Source: a bacterium (lineage in GTDB: Bacteria > SM23-31). From it: a DNA stretch of 64,000 nucleotides. The translations under genes were made by a program, and so were the position numbers. Under the pieces are notes generated by a model. That model did no database searches. It had not been told where the DNA came from and was given only the letters and a program-made list of their open reading frames with translations. How positions within the stretch are numbered: the stretch's first letter is position 1; each line of letters starts with the position of its first letter. Shown piece after piece: positions 9,974-20,283 of the stretch. Location: contig OZ252239.1 in NCBI GenBank assembly GCA_965249485.1, positions 544,001-608,000 on the forward strand. The letters run 5' to 3'.

Positions 9974-11404
9974 TTAGTAGGATTTTGCAATTACAACCCG
10001 TTTATCGGATTTACCGTTACACCGAATACATTTTCCATTTTCGTTAACTGCATCATTGGGAATGATCCGTATGGTGGCTTTCGTTTCATTCTGAATTGCC
10101 GTTTCACAATCGGATGAACCGCACCAGTGGAGCGACAAAAACCCTCCCTCCTTATCATTCATGTCCTTAAATTCGTTATAGTCATCTAACGTAAAAGTGT
10201 TTTCATCGCGGAATTTAAGTGCCCGGTCGTACATGTCATTCTGAATAGTATCAAGAATTTTAGCAGCTTTATCGACCATATTATTCCAGCTTACGGAAAT
10301 TTTTTCGCCGGTATCACGCCTTACAAACATGACACTTTCTTTCTCGATATCTTTCGGACCAAGCTCCAACCTGAGCGGAATACCTTTTAATTCCCATTCA
10401 TTGAATTTCCAACCGGGGCTGTACTGTTCGCGGTCATCTAATTTAACTGATATTCGTGTTTTCAATTCACGGTTCAGCCGGTCTGCAACTTCAAGAATTT
10501 TCGGGCGTTCATCGTCACTCGGCCAGATTGGTACGAGAACAGCCGGGTTCGAGGCAAGTTTTGGTGGTATACAGAGGCCACTGTCGTCGCCGTGCACCAT
10601 GATGAGTGCACCTATGAGCCGCGTACTGACTCCCCAGCTTGTTAGCCACGTATAGTCCATTGCGCCATCTTTGTTCTGAAACTTGACATCGAACACTTTA
10701 GAAAAATTCTGGCCGAGATTATGCGTTGTCCCCGCCTGCAGAGCTTTTTTATCACCCATCATCGATTCAACAGCAAACGTTCGTAATGCTCCGGCAAATT
10801 TTTCATTTTCGGTTTTTTGTCCTTTGAGTACTGGGACTGCCATATAATTTTCAAGAAAATCTGCATAGATGTCGAGAATTGTTAGCGCTTCTTCTTCGGC
10901 TTCGTCATGGGTCGCATGGGCGGTGTGCCCTTCCTGCCAGAGGAATTCCGTTGTCCGAAGGAACAGACGTGTTCTCATTTCCCACCGGACAACATTTGCC
11001 CATTGATTTATCAGCAAAGGAAGATCACGGTAGGAGTTGATCCATTTTGCAAACATAGCGTATATTATTGTTTCAGAAGTCGGACGGATGTAGAGATTTT
11101 CGTCTAGTTTCTGACCTCCGCCGTGCGTGACAACTGCGCACTCCGGGGCGAATCCTTCGACATGTGCTGCTTCTCTTTTCATGTAACTTTCCGGAATAAA
11201 GAGCGGGAAATATGCATTTTGATGCCCTGTTTCTTTGAATTTCCTATCAAGCACCGCTTTGAAGTTTTCCCACAGCGCATACCCGTTCGGCCGTATAACC
11301 ATACATCCCTTTACAGGAGAGTAATCAGCAAATTCACCCTGAAGTATTACATCGGTATACCATTTAGAATAGTCGTCAGATCGTTTCGTAAGCCTTTTCT
11401 TCAT
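9974..11404 (-). CDS. proS: Proline--tRNA ligase, archaeal/eukaryotic type
   Basis: IRPTSET, FLRTTEFLWQEGHT, SWGVSTR, C-terminal Zn cysteines and terminal AKSY. Confidence 0.97.
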   Translation of the reverse strand: MKKRLTKRSDDYSKWYTDVILQGEFADYSPVKGCMVIRPNGYALWENFKAVLDRKFKETGHQNAYFPLFIPESYMKREAAHVEGFAPECAVVTHGGGQKLDENLYIRPTSETIIYAMFAKWINSYRDLPLLINQWANVVRWEMRTRLFLRTTEFLWQEGHTAHATHDEAEEEALTILDIYADFLENYMAVPVLKGQKTENEKFAGALRTFAVESMMGDKKALQAGTTHNLGQNFSKVFDVKFQNKDGAMDYTWLTSWGVSTRLIGALIMVHGDDSGLCIPPKLASNPAVLVPIWPSDDERPKILEVADRLNRELKTRISVKLDDREQYSPGWKFNEWELKGIPLRLELGPKDIEKESVMFVRRDTGEKISVSWNNMVDKAAKILDTIQNDMYDRALKFRDENTFTLDDYNEFKDMNDKEGGFLSLHWCGSSDCETAIQNETKATIRIIPNDAVNENGKCIRCNGKSDKRVVIAKSY

Positions 11405-11446
11405 ATGCGTAGTTTCAACCTCTAATCAATATCCGGAACAGTTCTC

Positions 11447-12076
11447 TTATAAATCTTTGATAAATCCAATTCGAATATCAAGCCCTTTAAATTCTTGTTT
11501 TTCTCCTAATGTATCAGGGAATCGGTAAAAGTGAAATCCAAGTGTCACTGAGAATTTCTGAATTTCCTGCTGGCCGAATTCGACTCCAAATCCTGTAAAT
11601 CCGCCAAGACTCACCTGTCCCTTTCCCTTCTTCGTGCCACTGAAAAAACCGTTGGTCGTATTGAATGCATAGCCCCAGACCGGGCCGGCGTCCACCTCAA
11701 TAAACGGCCGGAAGTTCGGCGCAATTTTATCGCGGAACAAGCGCCGCTTTATAGAGATGGTAAGGGGTACTACCGTTGTAAAAAATCTTCTATTTGTTAT
11801 AATGTTGCCAGTAAAAGGATCGATAAATCTAAATTCATCCTCACCCCGGACACCGTTAAAGGAAAAACTGTAGCCGATCTGTGTGTCCTGATTATAGGCG
11901 TTATACAACATTTTAAGTCCGAGTCCGGCACCTTCTGTCGAAAAATTGACAAACACGACAGCATTTTTCTCACGTTTGGTTCTTTCTATAGAACTTTTTG
12001 AAGTATCTTGAGCTATAACCGGAAATGCAACTAATACGATAAGTAAAACTGTGAATACTTTAGTATACTTTTTCAC
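11447..12076 (-). CDS. Hypothetical exported protein, probable small outer-membrane beta-barrel
   Basis: Signal peptide (VIA-Q), Gly/aromatic amphipathic strands, C-terminal LDIRIGF. Confidence 0.6.
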   Translation of the reverse strand: MKKYTKVFTVLLIVLVAFPVIAQDTSKSSIERTKREKNAVVFVNFSTEGAGLGLKMLYNAYNQDTQIGYSFSFNGVRGEDEFRFIDPFTGNIITNRRFFTTVVPLTISIKRRLFRDKIAPNFRPFIEVDAGPVWGYAFNTTNGFFSGTKKGKGQVSLGGFTGFGVEFGQQEIQKFSVTLGFHFYRFPDTLGEKQEFKGLDIRIGFIKDL

Positions 12077-12538
12077 ACAATTGCCTTTTGTTTATGGATT
12101 ATTTTTTATCGGTATTACATGAATGAAAAGCATTAAAGTTTAATAAAATATTTCCTGAAATGCAATACATTTGCTGTTGTGTATCGAGTGTGTCAAAGGT
12201 GATTTATCAACTTCATGTATCCTCCATTTTTGAATGATGAAAGACTCCGGAAAATCTAAATGAGCCGTAACTATGCTCTTAAATATAGCCTCAAAATAAT
12301 TGTTGCTTATTCCAGGGGCATGTCTATTTTTTTGCAATTCCAAATGACAACAATGTCACATTAAAAATAATATTCTAAATTATTTTCACTCTCCACTTGT
12401 GAGCATCTGATAAATTCTTTATTTTAACATTCGTTGATCACAAGCCTTATCACCGAATCTTTGTATGTCTCTCTCATTTACAGTTCGGGAAACAGGTTTA
12501 TTCATTGCAATCATATCAACACTGAGATAGCCAAAACT

Positions 12539-15064
12539 ATGTCGTTACCGAATATAAACAAATTCCTCTCAGCCGGAGTTCAAAAAAAAGTCAGAAAGGA
12601 AATTGCCGATAATAATGGTAATGAAGTCTTTTTCCAAGGTAAGGTTAACGATTCAGGAAAGGTTTCTTCAATATCAGCGCTTGCGTGGGGCAATGAGACA
12701 AGCACGCCCGCTCTGCTGAACAACCTTGTTCCCCGGGATGTCGTCATCCACAATCATCCATCTGGAAATTTAACACCGTCTGAAGCAGATGTACAAATCG
12801 CTTCGATTGTCGGCAATCAGGGCGTTGGTTTTTATATTCTCGATAATGAGGTGACCAATTTGAAGGTTGTTGTCGAGATTTACACAATTCCTGAACATAC
12901 TCTGCTCGATGGTCAGGAAATCGTCCGGTTTCTCGACGAGAATTCACCGGTTGCCCAGAAACTTTCCGGATATGAACCCCGAATGAGCCAGATCGATATG
13001 GCGGTGTTGGTGGCAGAGAGTTTAAATTCAGGTAAAATTACCCAGATAGAAGCAGGGACCGGGACAGGAAAAACGCTCGCATATCTTGTGCCGGCGATCA
13101 AATGGGCGCTCCGGAATAACGAGCGTATTGTGGTATCGACCAATACGATAAATCTACAGGAACAGATTGTCCACAAGGACATCCCATTTCTCTCATCTGT
13201 TTTTGACGAAAAATTCACTTATTCCCTGGTAAAAGGACGAGGTAACTACTGCTGCCTCAGGAGAACTGACTCCGAAGAGAGAGACCTGGGGCTGCTGAAG
13301 GATGATGAAAGTATCGGAGAGTTGAAAACACTGCTCTCCTGGTCGAAAACCACGAAGGACGGAAGCTTATCGGATCTGAATTTTGTACCGAAGTATGATG
13401 TATGGGATAGGCTGAAGTGTGAAAGCGATACGTGCACTGGTGTCCGGTGCGCATTTTATGAAGATTGTTTTTTGGTCAATGCAAGACGCAGGGCAGCACA
13501 GGCGGATATTCTAATTGTAAATCACCATCTTTTATTTGCCGATCTTTCGCTTCGGGGTAAGCTAGGTTCACTTGCAGATGTGGCAGTTCTTCCTCCGTAT
13601 AACCGGGTCATCATCGATGAAGCCCACCATATTGAGGAGGCTTCGACCAACTACTTCGGCAGACAAGTATCGGAGTTCGGCATCAAACGACTCTTCGGGA
13701 GACTGGTATCACGGTCTAAAAAGGGTGAACGCAAAGGGCTTTTGTTTTCTGTTCTGAAAAAAATCCGTACAGCACAATCAAAATCTCAACAGCAGCGTAT
13801 CCGGCAGGTACTCTCTTTTATCGAGGACGATCTGATTACTGATATTAACGAGCTTACTGCAACAGGTGAAGATATATTTTTCGATATAGGCGCCTTTATC
13901 GAACAGATCGATAACAGGAGTAATGGAGAATCGCAATTTATGCTCGATGAGCGGTTTCACGATTTACCTGACTGGACAGATCTACTCCTCGTAAAGTTCA
14001 TGGGTCTGATGGCCGGAATGCGCACTATGAAGAACAAGCTTGCAGAACTGGCACAGTCAATAGACATATTATCTGAATTATTGTCTGTCGATTTGGATAA
14101 TCTCTTGATCGAGTTGCAGGCACAGGCCCGTCGGATCGGCGATGCAGCAGAATCGATCCAATATCTGCTGTTTGAGGAGGATCCATCGGTTGTCAAATGG
14201 ATTGAGAGAAACGGAAAGCAGAAAGCCATCAAAATATGTGCCGCACCGATCGAGGTAGGTGAACCGCTCAGAAATGCCTTATTCGAGCCGTTCGAGACGG
14301 TCATTTTAACGTCTGCAACACTCACCGTCGGAGGACGTTTCGATTTTATGAAATCGAGGCTCGGTATCGATCAACTCGACCGTGACCGTGTCATTGAAGA
14401 GAGTTTTCCATCATCATTTGATTTTAAAAATCAGGTTGTCATCGGTATTCCAGTGAACACTCACTCTCCGGATCATCCGCTATTTCCTGCAGCCCTCAAC
14501 GGCTTGGTAACCGAGTCGCTTCGAACCTCGCAGGGACGGGCATTTGTTCTGTTCACCTCATATTATGCGATGAATGAGGCATATGCTGCGGTCAATGCTG
14601 AAATTGGGACAACTCACTTTACATTGCTCAAGCAGGGTGATGACACACGGCACAATCTTCTTCAGCAGTTTAAAAATGACCACGCAGCCGTGCTCTTTGC
14701 TACCGATTCGTTTTGGGAAGGTGTCGATGTTATGGGTGAGGCGCTTGAATCGATTATCATTGCACGTCTGCCGTTCCGCGTTCCAACTGCTCCGATCGAG
14801 ATAGCGCGGAGAGATTTGATTGACGCATCAGGAGGGAATTCCTTCCTTGAGTATACCGTTCCGACTGCTGTCATTAAATTCAAGCAAGGATTCGGGAGGC
14901 TTATCCGTCATAAAAATGACAGGGGGACTATTCTTATTCTCGATAACAGGGTTGTTACAAAATCATACGGAAAACTTTTTTTGGATTCGTTGCCGGAATG
15001 TAAAATAGTAGCGGACAGAGACGACGTGGTATTTAAGGCTTTTCGTGAGTTTTACGGTGAGTGA
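12539..15064 (+). CDS. DinG/XPD-family Fe-S helicase with N-terminal JAB (RadC-like) domain
   Basis: ATG 12539 preferred over TTG 12434; GNE...HNHPSG-x4-S-x2-D JAB motif; GTGTGKT, DEAH, TSAT, FWEGVD, QGFGRLIR; Fe-S cysteines. Confidence 0.9.
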   Translation: MSLPNINKFLSAGVQKKVRKEIADNNGNEVFFQGKVNDSGKVSSISALAWGNETSTPALLNNLVPRDVVIHNHPSGNLTPSEADVQIASIVGNQGVGFYILDNEVTNLKVVVEIYTIPEHTLLDGQEIVRFLDENSPVAQKLSGYEPRMSQIDMAVLVAESLNSGKITQIEAGTGTGKTLAYLVPAIKWALRNNERIVVSTNTINLQEQIVHKDIPFLSSVFDEKFTYSLVKGRGNYCCLRRTDSEERDLGLLKDDESIGELKTLLSWSKTTKDGSLSDLNFVPKYDVWDRLKCESDTCTGVRCAFYEDCFLVNARRRAAQADILIVNHHLLFADLSLRGKLGSLADVAVLPPYNRVIIDEAHHIEEASTNYFGRQVSEFGIKRLFGRLVSRSKKGERKGLLFSVLKKIRTAQSKSQQQRIRQVLSFIEDDLITDINELTATGEDIFFDIGAFIEQIDNRSNGESQFMLDERFHDLPDWTDLLLVKFMGLMAGMRTMKNKLAELAQSIDILSELLSVDLDNLLIELQAQARRIGDAAESIQYLLFEEDPSVVKWIERNGKQKAIKICAAPIEVGEPLRNALFEPFETVILTSATLTVGGRFDFMKSRLGIDQLDRDRVIEESFPSSFDFKNQVVIGIPVNTHSPDHPLFPAALNGLVTESLRTSQGRAFVLFTSYYAMNEAYAAVNAEIGTTHFTLLKQGDDTRHNLLQQFKNDHAAVLFATDSFWEGVDVMGEALESIIIARLPFRVPTAPIEIARRDLIDASGGNSFLEYTVPTAVIKFKQGFGRLIRHKNDRGTILILDNRVVTKSYGKLFLDSLPECKIVADRDDVVFKAFREFYGE

Positions 15065-15264
15065 AGACCATGAACTTTCTCTTCAAAGTAAGCTCATTAT
15101 TAAATAGTAACTCCGAAATTAAGAATCCCTTCATTAGACGGTGAATCCCACATTGACAATTGTGTGCTTTTGTTAATTACAACACACTTTAACGGGACAT
15201 TAGTATTGTTCCAGGCAATACATCTACACACCAAGAATAATTAAAAACCAAAAATACAGATCCA

Positions 15265-16398
15265 TTACACAACCAGTGCATTAAGAATTGCTTCTAATCC
15301 GGTCACAACCCGTTCTTCACGTGGGCGCATGTCGGGTGTGAAGCGTGTACCGAGCAGGTGTTGAATTCCTTCGATGTACCGGACAGCAATCTGCAACCGC
15401 TGGTCATCTGTGTAGCCCTTGTCACCCTCGGAAAATCCTCGTGCAAATTCTTTTGAGTACGATATCGGTGCAAGTTCTTCAATTGCGCCACTCTGACGTT
15501 TTTCAAGTTGTGAATTGTAGTCTTCCATGAGCCAGAAACGGGAGGAATCCATCGTGAATATTTCATCCTGACTCTTAATAGAACCGTCTACACTACAGCC
15601 ATGTTCAAGTTTTGTATCGACAAGAATAATACCACGCTGCCGGAGAAACTCTGAGCAAATCCCAAAAGCGACCAATGATCCGTTTCTGATTTCGTCATAC
15701 TCATACTGATTGCAAATCGAACGTTTTATGAGTTCCTGGGATGAAATTGATTCATCGACTTCTGCTTTTGTGGAAGGAGTATCCATAACATAGGGGAGCG
15801 GACCATTCGGGATCAGATCATCGGGCAGTTTGTGCCCGCAAAACTCTCTGTCACCCCGGATATAGTGCTGATAAAGCGAGGTTGACGTGGAACTCTTTGC
15901 ATTATACGCTCGCATCACATTTTCGAACATTATTGAGGTGAGATTTTCTGCAACAATGACAATTGTATTGTCAGCGAGACCCGGTACCTCAAACTGCGAT
16001 GTACCAAGAGCCCAGGTAACAAGCTTTCTCATAAAATTGTGGTTTAGGGCAAGAATCTGATCCTTAAATGGAATTTCTCCCCGTGAAATGTCGTGGGTAG
16101 AAATTCGCGCAGTTCTGATCATGATCCGCAGAGGAACACCTTCTTTGGTCTGCAGCGGCGGATTTTCAAATGAAACCATCTCGCCTGACTTCTTATCCCG
16201 AAAATTACCAATTCCGCCGAAAATCGAATCAGACACCTTACCTGGCTGCACAGTGTATCCTTTGAGCCTTGAAATCACTTCAGAATCGATGAGTTCCTGT
16301 GTTGATGAGATCGTTTCATTGAGACCAATATACTTTTTTACAAGCTCCTGTGCTTGGTCACTGTCCAGAATACTGTCGGACCCACCTGTATGCGCCAT
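15265..16398 (-). CDS. purC: SAICAR synthase (long form)
   Basis: GKV, RISTHD, IPFKDQIL, TPSTKA, LVDTKLEHG, DEIFTMDSSRFW, SKEFAR; AGGAGG RBS. Confidence 0.85.
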   Translation of the reverse strand: MAHTGGSDSILDSDQAQELVKKYIGLNETISSTQELIDSEVISRLKGYTVQPGKVSDSIFGGIGNFRDKKSGEMVSFENPPLQTKEGVPLRIMIRTARISTHDISRGEIPFKDQILALNHNFMRKLVTWALGTSQFEVPGLADNTIVIVAENLTSIMFENVMRAYNAKSSTSTSLYQHYIRGDREFCGHKLPDDLIPNGPLPYVMDTPSTKAEVDESISSQELIKRSICNQYEYDEIRNGSLVAFGICSEFLRQRGIILVDTKLEHGCSVDGSIKSQDEIFTMDSSRFWLMEDYNSQLEKRQSGAIEELAPISYSKEFARGFSEGDKGYTDDQRLQIAVRYIEGIQHLLGTRFTPDMRPREERVVTGLEAILNALVV

Positions 16399-16693
16399 TA
16401 TTCCTCCTACCGGATATTTTTATTTGATGCTTTTCAGAACGTATAATGTACAATTATTTCATGTCATTGTGTACTAAATATATAATAAAAATATTTAATT
16501 ATTGAAATCTAACTTACTACTGATTGAATGATTATATAATATTTATTGCAGCATTAAGTCTGTAGCCGTAACGGCGGGCATTCTCCAATACATGAGCAGC
16601 TCTTCTCTCAAAAATGGTAAATAAAAAAGAAAATGAAAACTATCAAGTAAAAAATTAATCAGTGGGGTATTTAATGGATGATTGGGGTGGTGA

Positions 16694-17992
16694 TTACTGT
16701 TCGGAATCTTCGACTGGTTCTACCGGTGGTTCAATGTGAACGATCACCTCTGTAATGCGTCGCTCTTTTATTTTATTGACTGTAAAACGGAGTCTGTCGA
16801 CAATCAACTTTTCACCTTTATGCGGAATATGACCGAGATGATAGAGCACGAGACCAGAAACTGTATCGTACGCTTCGTTCTCTTCGATTTGAATTTCGAG
16901 CATTTCGTTTATTTCGTTTATATTGAGTTTTGCTGACACTCTATAGGTGTTTTCACTCAATTGAACAACAGGATATTCCGGCTTATCGGTCTCATCATAT
17001 ATCTCACCGACAAGCTCTTCCAATACGTCCTCAAATGTTACAAGCCCCGCGATACCTCCATGTTCATCCACGACAAGCGCCATATGGTTTTTCTGCTTTT
17101 TGAATTGCCGCAGCAGGGCATCGATCATCATGTTTTCAGGCACAAACAGAGCAGGCTGCATTATCGATTTTATCTTTTTCTGGTCCAGATTCTGCAAACC
17201 GGAAAAGAGGATATCTTTCCTCAAAACCACACCGCTAATTTTATCGATGTTCTCTTCGTAGACCGGAATTCTGGAAAACACTACGTTGTCAAGTTTGTTG
17301 AACGCTTCGAGCGCTTCTTTAACGGTTATACTACCATCGAGTGTGAACATGTCAAGACGCGGTGTCATAACTTCAGAAACTTCAGTATTGTCAAGTTCGA
17401 AGACATTGTTGATTAAAACCTTTTCTTCCTGTTTGATTGCTCCTTCTTCTTCACCAAGCTTTACCATTGTGATCACTTCATCTTCCGTAACAAGAGGATA
17501 TTTCTTCAGGTAGGTGTCGCCAGTGGTATATTTCATCAACAGCAGCAACAATTTGGTGAATGGTGAAAAAATGAACTGAAAAAACGTTACGACAGGTGCA
17601 AGAAACTGCGCGACCGGAATAGCATGATGGACGCAAAACGATTTCGGGTAAATTTCACCGAAAATGAGTATGAGGATAGTCATGATTCCGGTTGCGATTC
17701 CGGCACCATAACCAAGCGCATCACCGATCTGCATCCGCTGGAGAAGTTCAATTGTAACTGTTGTAGCAAGCGCAGCGGCACCGATATTGGCGAGGTTGTT
17801 ACCAATAAGTACGGTAATTAAGAGTTTATTTGGATTGGATTTCAGTTTTTCGAGGAGCCGGGCATTCCGTTTTTTTTGCTCAACTAAATGTCGGACTTTC
17901 AGACGGGAAATAGACATAAAGGCTATTTCCGCACCCGAGAAAAAAGCCGAAAAAAAGATAAGAATTATGAGAAGAGTGATCGGAAGCGTCAA
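16694..17992 (-). CDS. Hemolysin-family CNNM/CorB-type Mg2+/Co2+ transporter (DUF21 + CBS pair + CorC_HlyC)
   Basis: SAFFSGAEIA, LIGNNLAN, FGEIYPK, VMTPR, VDEHGG, EDVLEELVGEI; TTG start 7 nt after GGGAG. Confidence 0.92.
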   Translation of the reverse strand: MTLPITLLIILIFFSAFFSGAEIAFMSISRLKVRHLVEQKKRNARLLEKLKSNPNKLLITVLIGNNLANIGAAALATTVTIELLQRMQIGDALGYGAGIATGIMTILILIFGEIYPKSFCVHHAIPVAQFLAPVVTFFQFIFSPFTKLLLLLMKYTTGDTYLKKYPLVTEDEVITMVKLGEEEGAIKQEEKVLINNVFELDNTEVSEVMTPRLDMFTLDGSITVKEALEAFNKLDNVVFSRIPVYEENIDKISGVVLRKDILFSGLQNLDQKKIKSIMQPALFVPENMMIDALLRQFKKQKNHMALVVDEHGGIAGLVTFEDVLEELVGEIYDETDKPEYPVVQLSENTYRVSAKLNINEINEMLEIQIEENEAYDTVSGLVLYHLGHIPHKGEKLIVDRLRFTVNKIKERRITEVIVHIEPPVEPVEDSEQ

Positions 17993-18103
17993 CTGTTATC
18001 TCCCATTATAGCAACTACACACCGGTTCCATAGTTCGGAGATATCTTCTGCTGCCGAAGATGAATCTGTATCCATAAGTTTTATTAAACACATTTGTCAG
18101 AAA

Positions 18104-18132
18104 AAGATATAAAGATTTTATACACCTGTCAA
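18104..18132 (-). promoter_or_regulatory. sigma70-type promoter for the CNNM gene
   Basis: TTGACA-N17-TATCTT on minus strand. Confidence 0.6.
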
Positions 18133-18423
18133 GCAAATTTTGCATTTGGTCCTGTAAGGTTGATTTTCATGTTTCATTTTCCTATATTTATTTATACTAT
18201 TCAACAGTCACTGATCTGGATATTTTATATCGAATTGATTCTTGATCTGACTAGCGGATATCCGGTATGTGCAGATGTGTTCGATTCCTCGCAATGATAG
18301 TATGTGTACCAAAAATAAAAGAAGTATTTAATATGTTAATGCAGAATCCTCATATGCTTATTGGAAAATCGCTTTAAAATAACTGATCGTCTCTAATTTA
18401 ACACTTTACAAGCGGAGAACACG

Positions 18424-20172
18424 TTGGGATCTTTTTACGGACATTTTGTTTTTATGCTTCATGCACATATTCCCTATGTTGTTTCACATGGCAAATGGCC
18501 GCATGGAACAGACTGCCTGGCAGAGGCGGCCGCTGAGACCTATCTGCCGCTTCTGAATACGCTGAATGAGCTTGAGAATGAAGGCATTTCACCACGATTA
18601 ACGATCGGTATAACGCCGATTCTCGCCGAACAACTCGCAGATCCGGTTTTTCAAAACGAATTGTCCCATTATTTCGAAATAAAAATTAAGGCTGCGGAAG
18701 AAGATTCCGCGTATTTCCTTGAAACGGGTGAAAACCATTTGAAGCGGCTTGCGGATGATTGGATTGCTTTTTATGTTCAACAGCGTGAGACATTTGAACA
18801 AGCATATGCGAAAAACATCCTGAATGGATTTCGGGATTATCTCGATAAGGGATTTCTCGAAATTATCACCTGCGGAGCAACCCATGGTTATTTTCCACTA
18901 ATCGGTGATGACGCGTGTATAAATCTTCAGGTAAAAACTGCAGTTGAAACACATAAAAAACATTTCGGCAAACTGCCGCGCCGGATATGGATGCCCGAAT
19001 GTGCTTACCGGCCGGGCTATTCGTGGAAACGACCTGTGTCAGACGGATACAGTGAAGAAGCGTTTGTTCGTCACGGTGTGGAAGAGTTCCTGCTTGAACA
19101 CGGTATCGAATACACTTTTATCGATTCTCATATGCTCAAGGGCGGTGAGGCAATCGGTGTCTATGCCGACAGGTTCGAGGGGCTCCGGATGCTTTTGCAG
19201 CAGCTCGAAAAAGAACACCGGTATGAAGAAATTAAGGACCTGTCCCCACATGAACTATACTCGGTCCGCTCATCCCGAAGCCCTGACCGAAGCCTGACGC
19301 TTTTTACCCATGATCCGAGGACCGGGATCCAGGTGTGGTCGGGAGAGCACGGTTATCCCGGTGACGGGTGGTATCTCGATTTTCATAAAAAACGGTTCCC
19401 GGGCGGTCTCCGTTACTGGAAAGTGACTTCCTCTCAATCTGGAATGGGTGACAAAGAAGTTTATAATCCTGATGAGATCGAGAAGCGGCTTGACGAGAAT
19501 GCGTCACATTTTGTCAAACTTATTCATCGGGAGCTTGAGGAATACCACAATTCGACAGGAAACGCCGGTGTCCTTACGGCACCGTATGACTGTGAACTTT
19601 TCGGCCACTGGTGGTTTGATGGATGCCGCTTTATTAAAAAAGTGTTCCATAAATTTCAAGGATCATCGATCGTAACGCCGGCTACGGCAGGGCAGGCGTT
19701 AGAAGCGTATCCTCCACGGCTTACTATCACGATCCAGGAAGGATCGTGGGGTGAGGACGGATTCCACTACATTTGGCTCAATAAAAACACCGAATGGACC
19801 TGGCGGGATATTTACCGGGATGAACAGGCTGTAATCGAGCTCGTTGAAAAAGCTTCAGGGTCTGACTCAGTTGAGTTGAGGTCGATAGTTACCCAGGCAG
19901 TCAGAGAGCTTCTCCTTGAACATGCGTCGGACTGGCAGTTCCTGATCAGCACGTTTGCTGCGCGGGATTATGCTGAGATGAGGATCGCGCATCACCACTC
20001 ATCGGTTCTGCAATTGGTATCGATTGCAAACAGGTTCATCGAAAACGGCAGCCTGAATGATGAAGAGAAATTTTATTTGAATGAACTGAAAGAACAGGAC
20101 CATCCATTCGGCCACTTGCAGCTTGAGTGGTGCAAGAATCTACCGGACAAACAATCTGCCGAATCGTCTTAA
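18424..20172 (+). CDS. GH57 1,4-alpha-glucan branching enzyme (DUF1957)
   Basis: HAHIPYV, ATHGYFP, WMPECAY (nucleophile Glu), APYDCELFGHWW (acid/base Asp), ASDWQF. Confidence 0.9.
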   Translation: MGSFYGHFVFMLHAHIPYVVSHGKWPHGTDCLAEAAAETYLPLLNTLNELENEGISPRLTIGITPILAEQLADPVFQNELSHYFEIKIKAAEEDSAYFLETGENHLKRLADDWIAFYVQQRETFEQAYAKNILNGFRDYLDKGFLEIITCGATHGYFPLIGDDACINLQVKTAVETHKKHFGKLPRRIWMPECAYRPGYSWKRPVSDGYSEEAFVRHGVEEFLLEHGIEYTFIDSHMLKGGEAIGVYADRFEGLRMLLQQLEKEHRYEEIKDLSPHELYSVRSSRSPDRSLTLFTHDPRTGIQVWSGEHGYPGDGWYLDFHKKRFPGGLRYWKVTSSQSGMGDKEVYNPDEIEKRLDENASHFVKLIHRELEEYHNSTGNAGVLTAPYDCELFGHWWFDGCRFIKKVFHKFQGSSIVTPATAGQALEAYPPRLTITIQEGSWGEDGFHYIWLNKNTEWTWRDIYRDEQAVIELVEKASGSDSVELRSIVTQAVRELLLEHASDWQFLISTFAARDYAEMRIAHHHSSVLQLVSIANRFIENGSLNDEEKFYLNELKEQDHPFGHLQLEWCKNLPDKQSAESS

Positions 20173-20283
20173 TCAAGTCTTTTTATGACTCTGGAAATGT
20201 CAGAAATTCAAATGGTGTTCTATTGAGTTTTCTCCCTATCATCCCGGAATCAGAGATATCGGTTGAAATAAAATTCTTATTGT

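Noticed and set aside
16399..16693. Purine, ZTP or PRPP riboswitch upstream of purC; GC-richer islet near 16550-16610
   Set aside because: No recognisable aptamer consensus; only a 4-bp hairpin and a weak peptide-like fragment
18270..18295. tRNA-like GTTCGATTCC
   Set aside because: No T-stem pairing, acceptor stem or cloverleaf
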